Assembly: GCA_973895155.1 (NCBI GenBank)
Contig: OZ316893.1
Location: 10,917,660-10,981,659, forward strand
Origin: Marsupella aquatica
Taxonomy: Eukaryota; Plantae; Marchantiophyta
DNA length: 64,000 bases
Direction: 5' to 3'
Shown: positions 63,687-64,000 of the stretch, piece by piece
Layout: each line of letters starts with the position of its first letter
Position numbering within the stretch: position 1 is the stretch's first letter
Program-made: the position numbers and the translations under genes
Notes under the pieces: generated by a model
What the model was told of the DNA's origin: nothing
What the model saw: only the letters and a program-made list of their open reading frames with translations
Databases searched by the model: none

Positions 63687-64000
63687 ATGGACGACATTAG
63701 CAATGGAGGCCCCGTTTCACAAGGGGATGACAGCGCGTACGTGGCCCACGACATCCTCATGAAATTGTCGGTCTCCATGTCGCTGAAGGCGGTTCTTGAG
63801 CTGGGAATCCCGGACATTCTGTTCAAAGCGGAAGGAGGAAAGCCCTTAACAGCAGAGGAGATCCTCGCTCACTTGCCCGTCAAGTCACGTCAACCGAACT
63901 CCGATTTGACGAGAAGGCTTGAATGCCTTCTCAAGCTCTTGGTGTGGGAAGGAGTCTTCACGGAATCCTTCAATGACAACAAAGAACCTTCGTATGGCCT
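63687..64000 (+). CDS. Plant class II O-methyltransferase (COMT-like), N-terminal dimerisation domain; truncated by window end
   Basis: Open frame from ATG 63687 to the window end: MDDISNGG...MSLKAVLELGIPDILFKAEGGKPLTAEEILAHLP...LECLLKLLVWEGVFTES...YGL. This matches the LKxAxELGIxDIL / LSxxEIA / LxRLLRxL / YGL dimerisation-domain pattern. It is absent from the ORF track because there is no stop in the window. Confidence 0.88.
   Translation, partial: MDDISNGGPVSQGDDSAYVAHDILMKLSVSMSLKAVLELGIPDILFKAEGGKPLTAEEILAHLPVKSRQPNSDLTRRLECLLKLLVWEGVFTESFNDNKEPSYG

Noticed and set aside
1-64000. rRNA, tRNA or conserved miRNA genes
   Set aside because: No cloverleaf, rRNA signature or conserved land-plant miRNA sequence was recognised by eye; tRNAscan-SE/Infernal would be needed to exclude them formally.

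Overview
Eukaryotic (land-plant) nuclear DNA with GT-AG spliced genes, long UTR/intergenic stretches and many non-autonomous transposon remnants. A non-seed plant such as a liverwort is plausible but not proven. Six protein-coding genes can be built by hand: (1) a 6-exon cytosolic NAD-dependent glycerol-3-phosphate dehydrogenase (-, 3662-7992); (2) a 3-exon secreted Ole e 1 + Pro-rich + PDF1-like protein resembling Arabidopsis FOCL1 (-, 15563-17759); (3) an intronless plant protein of unknown function with an RQxYLRSYTFxR motif (+, 43879-44349); (4) an intronless, catalytically intact O6-methylguanine-DNA methyltransferase (MGMT/Ogt, PCHRV) with an N-terminal extension, a gene family not found in Arabidopsis-type angiosperms (-, 49389-49991); (5) a 4-exon VAMP71-type longin R-SNARE (-, 52217-53620); (6) the 5' part of a plant class II O-methyltransferase (+, 63687 to window end). 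Intergenic DNA holds a 1001-bp MULE with a perfect 9-bp TSD, a 1.85-kb foldback element, two minisatellite-bearing Helitrons, three related solo LTRs, a pair of inverted C-rich/G-rich elements and about ten local tandem arrays, several sitting directly upstream of genes. No rRNA, tRNA or CRISPR array was found. All family assignments are from recalled motifs, not database searches.
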